A DNA stretch of 45,743 bases from a virus. Position numbers and translations under genes: made by a program. A model generated the notes under the pieces. That model saw only the letters and a list, made by a program, of their open reading frames with translations. It was not told the origin of the DNA and made no database searches. The stretch lies in UHGV virus genome UHGV-0129770; one strand, written 5' to 3'. The stretch's first letter is position 1; every line of letters begins with the position of its first letter. Positions 27,725 to 36,863 of this stretch are shown here, piece by piece.

Positions 27725-28353
27725 GATAACAACTCCTTAATCAACATCTGGATCTCGCCCTTTGCTTTCCCGTTGTCCATTTCAACAACCCCCTTCCCTT
27801 CTGCCATGCAGTCACGATAAATCTTACGGTCACGGACGACGGTTTTCAGGAGTTCAAGTTGCGGGTATTCAGCAAGATATTCCCTTGCCTCATTGGCTTC
27901 GTTAACAACCGGGTTGGATGGTGCCATAGTCAGCATGGCATACGCCTTAAGTTTAGGGTTGAAATCCATCGCCTCAGCTATAACCTCAACAAGGTGCGGT
28001 AGAGTATCCAGATCCGGCTGGGAAGGACGGAACGGCACCAGAAGCACATCTGCCGCTGTCATGCCTGTACGCATCTCACGACTGTCGCGACCAGCAGTAT
28101 CGACGACAACGTACTCGTAACGTTTATCCAGATCGAGCAGCGTCTCACGAATATTATCGAACTTCTGCACGCAGTGAATGACAGGGGCAACCTCACCTGC
28201 ATTACGGTCTGACGCCCATCGAGCTGCCGTTCCCTGCTTATCAGCATCAATCAAGACGACATCTTTGTTTTTTCGGGCCAGCTCGGCACAAATATTGACG
28301 CTGGTGGTTGACTTGCCACAGCCTCCCTTTTGACTTGCTACCAAGATAATCAT
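27721..28353 (-). CDS. parA: ParA-family partition ATPase (small, deviant Walker A)
   Basis: N-terminus MIILVASQKGGCGKST is a deviant Walker A box; 210 aa. Confidence 0.8.
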   Translation of the reverse strand: MIILVASQKGGCGKSTTSVNICAELARKNKDVVLIDADKQGTAARWASDRNAGEVAPVIHCVQKFDNIRETLLDLDKRYEYVVVDTAGRDSREMRTGMTAADVLLVPFRPSQPDLDTLPHLVEVIAEAMDFNPKLKAYAMLTMAPSNPVVNEANEAREYLAEYPQLELLKTVVRDRKIYRDCMAEGKGVVEMDNGKAKGEIQMLIKELLS

Positions 28354-28399
28354 GTCCGCACCTCGGCTTTATTACGGCTCTATTTTCACACTAAAACGG

Positions 28400-28590
28400 T
28401 ACCGATTTAACACATCAACGGTACAGCAATAGCACCATTCTTAATGCCGGGAGTATAACATCAAATCAGATGGATGCTGGTACACGTTTTGCGCCTGAAT
28501 AGCACTAAATTAGTACCAAATATGTACCAGTACATTAACAACACCAATTCGGCGTTGTTTTGGTGGCACTTCAACACCATTTTGACACCA
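28400..28590. repeat. GGTAC/GTACC-rich repeat cluster upstream of parA, candidate centromere/operator (approximate bounds)
   Basis: Repeated acGGTACcga, caacGGTACAgc, gcTGGTACAcg, ttaGTACCaaatatGTACCaGTACatt by eye. Confidence 0.35.
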
Positions 28591-28593
28591 AAT

Positions 28594-28624
28594 TTGAACA
28601 AAAAAGGCTGCAATTTGCAGCCTT
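28594..28624 (-). terminator. intrinsic terminator of the parMR operon
   Basis: 9-bp stem AAGGCTGCA / TGCAGCCTT with loop att; T-run in the minus-strand sense. Confidence 0.55.
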
Positions 28625-28642
28625 AAGATAGAGTATGAACCG

Positions 28643-28987
28643 TCAATCAGGTAGAGAGTCAGCCAGATTGCGCGCCGACGCGCTTTTGGCAACAACTTGC
28701 TCCTTCACTGGCTCAATGGAGGCAGGGCGCTCCTCAACCGCAGCTGGTAGTTCCAGGAAGGATGCCAGCATTTTTCGGATCAGCTCCGGGTTATTGTCTT
28801 CGGTCAGCAGGGAAGCCAGTAATCCTGGAAGCCTGCTATCGACTTCTCCCAGCGCAAGCCCTGCCAACAATGCGGTTCTTGCCATATCGCTATGTTTTTT
28901 TATCTTCTCGCTCGCCGCCTTTTCATTGGCATAAGCCTCTGGGCGAAGATAAATCATCACTTTCTTACGTTCCTGAGACATGGACAT
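28643..28987 (-). CDS. parR: ParR/StbB-like centromere-binding partition protein
   Basis: MARTALLAGLALGEVDSRLPGLLASLL resembles R1 ParR (RLNRAALTAGLALYRQD...) from memory; directly downstream of parM. Confidence 0.65.
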   Translation of the reverse strand: MSMSQERKKVMIYLRPEAYANEKAASEKIKKHSDMARTALLAGLALGEVDSRLPGLLASLLTEDNNPELIRKMLASFLELPAAVEERPASIEPVKEQVVAKSASARNLADSLPD

Positions 28988-28994
28988 TACCTCG

Positions 28995-29951
28995 TTAACC
29001 GATTGCTTTCAGGCCATGAACAAGAGCAAGTTGCGGGTCATCCGCCACGAAGAAACGGTCATCACGAATATTAACTTGCTCGCGAATTGCATCTGCCACC
29101 AGCGGTGCGCCACCACCGATCACCATGACATGCGTATATCCTTTAAAGTCGCCAATCACATCAAGAACGCGGGTACGCAGACGGTCAATGCTTGCGGCAA
29201 TGGCCTTTTTCACATCACCAATCGCTGATGGGTCATTGATATTGTCGTTCAGATAATCTTCATCGTGGCGGTTAATAATGAGCTGATCGACATTGTAATT
29301 TGACGTTTCGGTATTGGCTCTGGCAAGTGCTTGCCTTACTTCCCTGGTAACCAGAGAGACGCCAAGATTCGAATCGCCAAAAACACGGGAAACTGCCGTC
29401 ATTTGCCCGGCGACCATTGAAACATCAAGGGTAGTTCCACCCAAATCGACGATAAGAACAGAATGGGCAGGGTTCAGATTGTCGCACAGGCCAATTCCTG
29501 CCGGAATAGACTCCGGGCGTACCGTAACTTTCTTAATCGTGAACACATTGCCTTTATTCAGCGTGACGGGGCGCATAAGGCTGGCTTTCTTGCGCTCGAT
29601 GTTATCGAGATTGTATTGCGCGTCGTCGTCGTAAAACTCCGCCAGAGGCAGCGTGACCACAATTTCTACTTCCTGCGGCTCAATGCCACTTGTCAGCAGG
29701 GCATGGTGAACAGCCAGGACGTTAAGCGGGCTGTATTGCCATTCCACGTTATTCGTCGGCAGAACATCTGGCGAGATCAAATCATACGAATACTTTTCGT
29801 CGTCAATGACATAGTTAAACGGCTTGCCCGCACCAAATGTTGCTGACCATCCGCGCTTAAAGCTGTTAGGGCTGATGTGAGTGCGAGTTTCCCCGTCGTG
29901 CTCCCACAGCATTTTGATATTGGTTGAACCATCATCGATAAAAATGCGCAT
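28995..29951 (-). CDS. parM: ParM/StbA actin-like partition ATPase
   Basis: MRIFIDDGSTNIK, ISPNSFKR, NVLAVHHALLTSG, IVDLGGTTLDVS, YGDSSLGVSLVT and GYTHVMVIGGGA match R1 ParM as I recall it; start set to ATG 29951 (GGAG SD) rather than GTG 29975. Confidence 0.85.
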   Translation of the reverse strand: MRIFIDDGSTNIKMLWEHDGETRTHISPNSFKRGWSATFGAGKPFNYVIDDEKYSYDLISPDVLPTNNVEWQYSPLNVLAVHHALLTSGIEPQEVEIVVTLPLAEFYDDDAQYNLDNIERKKASLMRPVTLNKGNVFTIKKVTVRPESIPAGIGLCDNLNPAHSVLIVDLGGTTLDVSMVAGQMTAVSRVFGDSNLGVSLVTREVRQALARANTETSNYNVDQLIINRHDEDYLNDNINDPSAIGDVKKAIAASIDRLRTRVLDVIGDFKGYTHVMVIGGGAPLVADAIREQVNIRDDRFFVADDPQLALVHGLKAIG

Positions 29952-29975
29952 CTTCTTGCTCCACTTCTGAGACAC

Positions 29976-30200
29976 ATTTGAGAATCAAAATGCAATTTTA
30001 AAAGAGAGGCCCCCAAAAATCCACACCAAAAGAGATAAAAAAGAGTGATTATTGAGTTCATTTTGAGAATATCTTAATCACCCAATGAATGATGGTCTGA
30101 CAGTGAGATTTATTTGAGAATGAATTGAGAATACAAAAATATTCCGAAATTGAACTCTCAGTTTGAATGACGAAATAACAAAGTGATGACAATAGGAGGA
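29976..30200. repeat. parC-like centromere/promoter region with TTGAGAAT direct repeats
   Basis: TTGAGAAT at 29978, 30063, 30114 and 30125 plus degenerate copies, immediately upstream of parM. Confidence 0.5.
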
Positions 30201-30217
30201 TAACCAGGAGGTGAAGA

Positions 30218-30502
30218 ATGAGCGCAATAGCCACCAGCGACACCCTTTGCTCTGGTCACGGAGGATTTCCGCCGCGACTGGTAGCTGAAACTGTTCCCTG
30301 GTTCACCGTTAACGGTAAGCCAGTTGTTGTAGATGGTGCCATGTTTCCCAGTCACACTGACGGTAACAGTGCACATCCAGGGGCAGCTGTATCGACGCGA
30401 GTATGGTTTTCGATAGGTGGAAAGGGAGTTGTCTGTGTAGGCGATCCGCTTTCTTGTGGTTCTGTTATCGCCAACGGCGAGGATATTTTTCAGGTTGCAT
30501 AA
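30218..30502 (+). CDS. PAAR-domain spike-tip protein
   Basis: CSGHGG...VNGKPVVVDGA...SHTDG...HPGAAVST...GGKGVVCVGDPLSCGSVI fits the PAAR pattern; GGAGGTG SD. Confidence 0.6.
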   Translation: MSAIATSDTLCSGHGGFPPRLVAETVPWFTVNGKPVVVDGAMFPSHTDGNSAHPGAAVSTRVWFSIGGKGVVCVGDPLSCGSVIANGEDIFQVA

Positions 30503-31305
30503 TGCTTGATTCAATAGGTGAAGTTAAAGCCTTCAAAATTCTGTCAGATGCCGGTATCTCTACACCAGAATCTATAACCATAAGCCGGGCAGCGTCTGTA
30601 AAAGCCTCATCACTCGCCAGCGCCATACAGGGAATAGTTCACGCCGATAAAACCTATCCTGATTCTGTTTCGGCCTGGACTACTCAATTGCTTGGCTTTT
30701 CTGAACAGCTAAATGAGGCCAGCAAAGCGTCTTCATTACTGGCTGATTCTCTTTCCCCTTACACCAAGCCATCAGAGCTGTTACAGATGAAGATTGGCTG
30801 GGAATGCTACGTAAAAGGTAACGAGCTGACCCCCATACCTGCTTTCGCCCTTGTTGAGGGGATGGGGAATGTTTCCATTCCGCAATCTCTAACGGACGCA
30901 TTGACGGCGCTAAAACTTGATGCTCTGAAAACCGCCATGAACGCCATTAACGCAAAAATAGAAGCTGCTGGAAGTGCTGGTGGTGATAGCAATGGTGGAC
31001 AGGGTGGTGCTGGGGGCGCTCAGGCTCCAGTCATTACTCAGGATGAAATTGAAGCTTTACGGGAAGCAGTGACAGCCGCCGAAGTTTTACTCTCCGAAAT
31101 TAACTCAGCAAGTGAGAGTGTCGTAGCCCTTACAGGTCGCATTAAAACGTCAACCACTCAGGCAACCAAAGGTTTAGAGAACGCTGTCGCCATCACGTTA
31201 ACTGGTTCTCTACTGGATGATGCAGTAATGAGTCCGGCAATCAGTTTAATCATGCCACAAGGCGTTATCGATGCGCTCCAAAAGAACACCAAAAAGGAAC
31301 CATAG
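30502..31305 (+). CDS. hypothetical virion-associated protein
   Basis: ORF track frame 30403..31305; start moved to ATG 30502, which overlaps (TAATG) the PAAR stop. Confidence 0.45.
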   Translation: MLDSIGEVKAFKILSDAGISTPESITISRAASVKASSLASAIQGIVHADKTYPDSVSAWTTQLLGFSEQLNEASKASSLLADSLSPYTKPSELLQMKIGWECYVKGNELTPIPAFALVEGMGNVSIPQSLTDALTALKLDALKTAMNAINAKIEAAGSAGGDSNGGQGGAGGAQAPVITQDEIEALREAVTAAEVLLSEINSASESVVALTGRIKTSTTQATKGLENAVAITLTGSLLDDAVMSPAISLIMPQGVIDALQKNTKKEP

Positions 31306-31360
31306 CAACACCACTTAGGAACACAAAAGGATGTGAATTGGTACATGTTTAACACCAAAA

Positions 31361-31834
31361 ATGAACCTAAAGAGGATGGTTTTGAAAAAGATAATTTTGA
31401 TTGTAATTGCGCTTTTAGCCATTTCTGGAATTTACCGAACAACGACGGCAGTTATCGAACACATCAGGTATGTCCGAGCGCTTGAAGACTCAAAATCACA
31501 ACTGGAAAGCACGAACAACACGCTTTCTACCGCATTACAGTTAAGTGAGAACGCTCGCTCAGCCATGCTGACCGAAAACGAAAGAATTAAAGCACTGGAA
31601 AAGGAGTACCAGCGCAAAACAGCAGAACTGAATGCCAACCTAATCAAACAACGGGAGGAAAGCCAGAATGAAATCACTCGCCTTGAAAATGCGTTACGCC
31701 GTGCTGGGATTAACGATGTGCGTGTGCCTGATGACGTTATCAGGATGCAGCGGGAACGGGCAAAAGCCATCAACCAGCGTGCCAGTGAAAATTACCGTAG
31801 AAGCCACCAGCAAGCCGCAGGCAAATCTGATTGA
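31361..31834 (+). CDS. Rz-like inner-membrane spanin
   Basis: N-terminal TM helix IILIVIALLAISGIY, then a long coiled coil; a lipoprotein ORF is embedded in the +1 frame. Confidence 0.6.
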   Translation: MNLKRMVLKKIILIVIALLAISGIYRTTTAVIEHIRYVRALEDSKSQLESTNNTLSTALQLSENARSAMLTENERIKALEKEYQRKTAELNANLIKQREESQNEITRLENALRRAGINDVRVPDDVIRMQRERAKAINQRASENYRRSHQQAAGKSD

Positions 31835-32000
31835 TTACTCCCCTTGTTTAGTGCCAGAAGACACGCCAGTGCTGTTAAACAAGTATCCGACATACGCTGA
31901 ACAGTTATTCAGCACGATCGACGAATGCAACCAACGAAACGCACTGAATAACCAAAGAAACAGGGAGATTTGGGAAGGGAAGGGGGATCAAGGCTCCTGA
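31668..32000 (+). CDS. Rz1-like outer-membrane lipoprotein spanin (start uncertain)
   Basis: Lipobox LTLSGC after a signal peptide; begins inside the Rz frame and extends past its stop. Confidence 0.55.
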   Translation: MKSLALKMRYAVLGLTMCVCLMTLSGCSGNGQKPSTSVPVKITVEATSKPQANLIDYSPCLVPEDTPVLLNKYPTYAEQLFSTIDECNQRNALNNQRNREIWEGKGDQGS

Positions 32001-32446
32001 AGCCAGATGTCCTGGCTGTCAGCTTCTTCGAAACCGTGACAGACGTTAAAGTCACTCAAACGATACTGACGCTGACGGCCCCTATTTCGCTCATGCCAAT
32101 GCATATATCCACCAGCAAATGCCAGCGGACAATCGCTATAGTCTATGTAACCAATACCATTCCCCAAACGTGCTTCGCGCGCACCAGCTTTCCAGGACAG
32201 TAGAAAAGAGTCACGATCCGCCAGCATAACAACAAAATCGTCCGGATCTCCGATACAGTGAAGAATACCTGCCTTACATAACTGCTTGAGCGCTTTTGAC
32301 TGGCTCAGGATGTCTTCTCCGTAATACTGAAAACAATCATCAACAACAGCGGGATAGCCTGTCGGGGGATTCAGGCTGGTTGGTATAGCTGACGCGATCG
32401 CCAGCATTAAGCGATATTGTGTTTTTGATGGGTTAACGTGACTCAT
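31988..32446 (-). CDS. hypothetical protein
   Basis: ORF track; convergent with the spanin genes. Confidence 0.35.
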   Translation of the reverse strand: MSHVNPSKTQYRLMLAIASAIPTSLNPPTGYPAVVDDCFQYYGEDILSQSKALKQLCKAGILHCIGDPDDFVVMLADRDSFLLSWKAGAREARLGNGIGYIDYSDCPLAFAGGYMHWHERNRGRQRQYRLSDFNVCHGFEEADSQDIWLQEP

Positions 32447-32462
32447 TTCGTCCCTTGTTTAC

Positions 32463-32897
32463 TCATTGTCGCCATGCATTTTTTAACTCAGGAATATCTG
32501 CCATTTCAATTAACTTGCGAAGTCCAGCACTGACTTTCCCATTGCCAACCATAGCAAGCCAATCTCTTACAGCTTTCGGCATGTAGAGCGTTGCAGTTAC
32601 CGGCTCTTCAACCCTGGCAGGACATCCGCATACAGGCCATTTAATTGATTCCATAACTTCGGATGCCGGGGTGAGGGCGGGGACATTGAGTATATCTCTA
32701 CCAGAAAACTGGATAACGATCCGTTCAGCGAGCGAGAGTATCTCACTTTCGGCAAGAATTGATGCCAACTGCGCCTCAACAAGAAAGCGACTTGTTGTGT
32801 TCAGAGAGTGGCTCTTAGCGCCATTTTTATACGAAACAAAGATTCGATACGCCATAACTCTAATGATTTGTGTTAGAAAACTAAAATTAAACCACAT
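32463..32897 (-). CDS. hypothetical protein (start uncertain: ATG 32897 or 32855)
   Basis: ORF track; a GTTAGA half-site at 32872..32877 lies inside or just upstream of the 5' end depending on the start. Confidence 0.35.
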   Translation of the reverse strand: MWFNFSFLTQIIRVMAYRIFVSYKNGAKSHSLNTTSRFLVEAQLASILAESEILSLAERIVIQFSGRDILNVPALTPASEVMESIKWPVCGCPARVEEPVTATLYMPKAVRDWLAMVGNGKVSAGLRKLIEMADIPELKNAWRQ

Positions 32898-33013
32898 AAC
32901 AACATGTGTGTTAATAGATTTTATTTTACTAAACCTATTGACTAAATCACAAAGTAGGTATTGTTAGCCCGTCAAAAGAACCTTCACGCCGCGCCCGAAT
33001 TTAGGGCTTAACC

Positions 33014-34711
33014 GTGAATAAAAACATTCAGCCAGCTCGTGATCGCGAGCGCGAGATTATGAATCGGGCGGCAAGCGTCATGGCTATGACCGTCGATCCG
33101 ACCACCGATGCAGCAGGCAACATGATTGCTGACCAGGCAGTAATGATGGAAAACCTGGATAAAGCAATCCAGAAAGTGCCTATGTTTGAAGGCGTAAATC
33201 CAGAGGTCGCTCGTCAGATCACTGGTGGGTGGGCTATGTCTCTGCATGAGTATAAACGTCAACATGGTCATTACCCGGCAAGTGACATCCTGGCGAACGC
33301 ACACATGGCTCTTGAACGCCTAATGACTGAATGTGCCAGTGATACCCACGAAGGCACGGGTAAGGCAATGTTTGAGTCTGTCGCGCAATCAATGCGTAGC
33401 TCTGACGGCGTAATGAAAGTTGCTCAATATGCTGCTCTAATTCTGCCTGCCTCTCTGGGCGCTGCTACCAGTGATGCCTGTACTTTTGTTCCTTGTGATC
33501 GTGACGAGTCAAATATTTATGAACTGGTCAACGTAGCAGGCACAAAATTCGGCACCTTCAAACAAGGTGACGAACTGAATATGCAGTCAGCTGGTGTTTA
33601 TTCTCAAATGAAGCGCCTGTATACCCTTTCCACTAAAGGGGATGGCAGCACCAAAACCTTCCAGTTCGACATCCAAAATTTTGAGGGACAATCCTGCCCG
33701 CTTCGCGCTGGTTATAACAAACTGCTGATCAACCGCAAACCGTCCAAAGTTGACGACGGCGATGGCAACCTTTATTTCAATGCTAAAGACAGCAAAGGTA
33801 AAGCTTTCTCAGCGACTGCCAAAGTTGCCTATGACACTGGTGTCATTGACATTACATTTACCCAGGCTCCGCCAGAAGGTACTGAAATTGCTGTTCAGGT
33901 CGAAATTAACATCGAGCGCAATCCAAGCCTGATTCCTGTGATCAACCAGGCTATGCGTAAGTACGAAGTTCGTCCGTCCCAGTACGTAATTGCTTCCGAA
34001 CACACGGTAATGTCCGCATCCGATTTAAGCCGTGAGCACGGCCTTGAATTAGCGGCACTTCAGTTCTCCGCGATGCGTAACTGGATCTCCCATGAAACCG
34101 ACATCATGCGTCTGCGCACCCTGGTATTCCATACCGTTTATGGTCGTGAATTTGATGTGGCTCTGCCGGAAGCTCAAAACTATGAGTCCTGGGTCGGCCT
34201 CCTGCGTCACGTAGTAAACGCTCTGTCTCAAGAAATGGCAAATCGTACCCTGACAACGGGTATTCGTGGCGGCTTTGCTGGTGGTGACGCCGCGAACTTC
34301 CTGCGCTCTCTGCCTCCACAGCACTTCCAGATCGCACCAGGTTACGTTCAGTCGCCGTATGTACAGTACATCGGCACCCTGTTTGGCACGATTCGTATTT
34401 ACGAAGTGCCGCAACCTGTCTGTGAGCAATTCCAGGCACAGGGATATGACTTCGGGCTGGATGACATCTTCTTCTATGGGCGTGGCGAAGGCATCGGTAA
34501 AGCCGGTCTGATTGCTGGTGATGCAGTCCCAGCAATCCCTTACGTGCACGAAACCAATCCGTCTCTCGTTAACCGTACCACTCTCTGGGGCAGTGCCATC
34601 AACGAAGTACATCCTCGCAACGGTGAAAACTACTTCACCCGCCTGCGTCTGACTCGCGCCAAAGAAGGTGCTATCGACATGCTGACAGGCAAGGTTAACG
34701 AAAAAAAGTGA
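33014..34711 (+). CDS. large virion structural protein, possibly major capsid
   Basis: 565 aa, GTG start, heads the structural block; function inferred from position and size only. Confidence 0.4.
   Translation: MNKNIQPARDREREIMNRAASVMAMTVDPTTDAAGNMIADQAVMMENLDKAIQKVPMFEGVNPEVARQITGGWAMSLHEYKRQHGHYPASDILANAHMALERLMTECASDTHEGTGKAMFESVAQSMRSSDGVMKVAQYAALILPASLGAATSDACTFVPCDRDESNIYELVNVAGTKFGTFKQGDELNMQSAGVYSQMKRLYTLSTKGDGSTKTFQFDIQNFEGQSCPLRAGYNKLLINRKPSKVDDGDGNLYFNAKDSKGKAFSATAKVAYDTGVIDITFTQAPPEGTEIAVQVEINIERNPSLIPVINQAMRKYEVRPSQYVIASEHTVMSASDLSREHGLELAALQFSAMRNWISHETDIMRLRTLVFHTVYGREFDVALPEAQNYESWVGLLRHVVNALSQEMANRTLTTGIRGGFAGGDAANFLRSLPPQHFQIAPGYVQSPYVQYIGTLFGTIRIYEVPQPVCEQFQAQGYDFGLDDIFFYGRGEGIGKAGLIAGDAVPAIPYVHETNPSLVNRTTLWGSAINEVHPRNGENYFTRLRLTRAKEGAIDMLTGKVNEKK
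34702..34708 (+). other. A_AAA_AAG -1 slippery heptamer at the stop codon of the 33014..34711 gene
   Basis: Frame checked: GAA AAA AAG TGA; the -1 frame continues 35 codons (VMVANVSVSPTSLDVDEGETIAANTSKAQKKTKQK) to TAA at 34813..34815. Confidence 0.45.
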
Positions 34712-34858
34712 TGGTGGCGAACGTGTCGGTATCACCAACGTCACTTGACGTAGATGAAGGTGAAACTATCGCCGCGAACACTTCAAAGGCACAGAAAAAA
34801 ACAAAGCAGAAGTAAGGCAAAAACACGCCCCTGAATAAGGGGCGTTCAGGAGAAAAGA

Positions 34859-35137
34859 ATGGCAAACATTCAAGTAACTATCACGCCATCTGACGCAACA
34901 GACAAATCTTTCACTGTTGAGTCAGATCACCCTGAAATTGTCCGGGTTGATGGCACTACATGTACCGCTCTTAAGGCCGGGCAGGCGGTGCTGACAATCA
35001 AAACAAATGACGGCAATAAAACCGCACAGTGCACAGTCACTGTTAGGGAGGCACATAAAAGCGTAAGCACCGTCAGTGTTGAACCAACTACGAAAGAAGT
35101 AACCGTAGGCGATAACTTCACGGTAAGCCAATCCTGA
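34859..35137 (+). CDS. Ig-like (Big_2-type) domain protein, candidate capsid decoration protein
   Basis: VTITPSDATDKSFTVESDHPEIVRVDGTTCTALKAGQAVLTIKTNDGNKTAQCTVTV fits the Big_2 pattern; AGGAG SD; bracketed by hairpins at 34825..34845 and 35143..35167. Confidence 0.55.
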   Translation: MANIQVTITPSDATDKSFTVESDHPEIVRVDGTTCTALKAGQAVLTIKTNDGNKTAQCTVTVREAHKSVSTVSVEPTTKEVTVGDNFTVSQS

Positions 35138-35204
35138 TCAGAGGCTGCCCATTAACCGTGGGTAGCCTTGCCTCGTTCTCTCGCTTTAGAGGATAAGAAC
35201 CAGC

Positions 35205-36863
35205 ATGAATAAGATTAGTTTTTCGGTAGGGCAGGCAGCTGGCGTTGCTGTAATGTCAGTAAATGCTGACGCTACCCTCACCAATACCAGCGGTGGCGCA
35301 TCCGTCTTTGCTGGGCTTGTAATATCGCGTCGTGGCGCACCGGGTAAGGTACTGAAAGTTGACGATACGACTTATCAAAGCGTATTAGGTTCACCGATTC
35401 ACCCTCGCCAGGGCGCGGCATTTGAACCATATCGCCACGTGGAGCGTGCAGTAAAAGGCGGCTCTGGATATGTCGTTCGAGTTTGCGCTAAAGACATGAA
35501 GGTGCCGGGTATTTCTGTTTCCGTTGTGGGCAAAGCAAAAGCGGCAAAGGCGAGCAAAGAACTTTCCGTTGAACCTACTGAAACCACAGTAAATCCAGGT
35601 GACACATTAAGCGTTGGTGTTGCTTCAACTGCAACGACTCAATCAGTGACCTTCACACCCAAAGAGACGCCCCAGATTAAAGGTGGAGAGAAGGCATTAT
35701 TCTTCATCAAAGATGGTGATGCATCTCAAAATCGCACGTTATCACTAACTCGCGATGATGAAGAAAGCGAACTCTTTACGCTGACGCTGAAAGAAAAACA
35801 AACCGATGGGTCCATTGAGGTGCTGGAAAGCCACCAAGTGTCTTTCAATCCAGAAGGCACCAACGACATGGGCCAACCAGCATGGATTCCGACACTGCTT
35901 GAAAGCCAGTCCACTCGCATTGGTGCCGTACTGGCAGATAATGCAGAAGCATCCGCTGCTCAACTCATTTTTGAGGATGTAGCTTTTGAAGGTGGTACTG
36001 ATGGAAATCTGTCCGAAATTAACGCTGCAGACTATCTGGAAGCATTAAAGGTTCTCGAAGCTTCAGAGGTTAATTACACCGCATTGCTGTCATTGGGTTG
36101 TTATGACGCATCCGCCTTAGCCGCAATCAAAAAGCTGGCTGAAGATGTTCGCGTAGACATGTTCTATGACCTGAAGGGCAACCAGACACCTGAAAACGCT
36201 ATTTCAGAAGCGAAAAGCCATAGTTTTGGCGGCTCACATCAACCAAGCCGTTACTACTTCCCGCTCTCCTGCCGAGATACTTTCACTGGAATGAATGTCG
36301 TCTATGGCATTAGCTGCGACGCATTCGTAGCGAAGGCAAAAGGAGTGGCGCTGGTACCGGATGTTGGTGGTTGGCATTACGCACCGGCAGGTATATCACG
36401 CGCGATTATTGATCGACAGAACATTGCCCGAATTCCAAATATCGGTGCAGTTGATCGTGAGGCGTTCGTTCTTGCGCGCATTAATCCAGTTTCAGTTGCT
36501 GCTGACGGGTCCGTTTACATTGACGACTCTTTAACAACTTACAGCAAAAACAACTATCTGCGATTCCAGCATGTGTCTTCCTTGATGAACGCCATCGCCA
36601 GAGATTTCTATGAAGTAGCTCAGGCGATTAAGCACGAACCGGATGGCATTACCAAAGAAACGCTAATGAAAGCAATGACTGAATTGCTTGACCGTTACGT
36701 TGCAGCCGGTGCGCTGGTTACTCCACGTGACAAGTCCCAGGGTGAAGATCCATATGTTGTTCAGGTTGTCCAAAAGGACATCGATCTGTGGGAAGTGTCC
36801 TGGTCTGTTTGTCCGACCGGTACAGCTCGCCGAATCGTCGGTAAGCCAATTCTGATGCGCTGA
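35205..36863 (+). CDS. tail sheath-like protein with an inserted Ig-like segment
   Basis: GTDGN...DYLEALKVLE...ALLSLGCYD and C-terminal RINP...YIDD...RFQHV pattern resemble contractile sheath proteins; a tube-like gene lies downstream. Confidence 0.5.
   Translation: MNKISFSVGQAAGVAVMSVNADATLTNTSGGASVFAGLVISRRGAPGKVLKVDDTTYQSVLGSPIHPRQGAAFEPYRHVERAVKGGSGYVVRVCAKDMKVPGISVSVVGKAKAAKASKELSVEPTETTVNPGDTLSVGVASTATTQSVTFTPKETPQIKGGEKALFFIKDGDASQNRTLSLTRDDEESELFTLTLKEKQTDGSIEVLESHQVSFNPEGTNDMGQPAWIPTLLESQSTRIGAVLADNAEASAAQLIFEDVAFEGGTDGNLSEINAADYLEALKVLEASEVNYTALLSLGCYDASALAAIKKLAEDVRVDMFYDLKGNQTPENAISEAKSHSFGGSHQPSRYYFPLSCRDTFTGMNVVYGISCDAFVAKAKGVALVPDVGGWHYAPAGISRAIIDRQNIARIPNIGAVDREAFVLARINPVSVAADGSVYIDDSLTTYSKNNYLRFQHVSSLMNAIARDFYEVAQAIKHEPDGITKETLMKAMTELLDRYVAAGALVTPRDKSQGEDPYVVQVVQKDIDLWEVSWSVCPTGTARRIVGKPILMR

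Noticed and set aside
32900-33013. Possible late promoter (TTGACT ... TTGTTA) upstream of the first structural gene
   Set aside because: The -10 element is poor and I cannot recall a verified late-promoter consensus; left uncalled.
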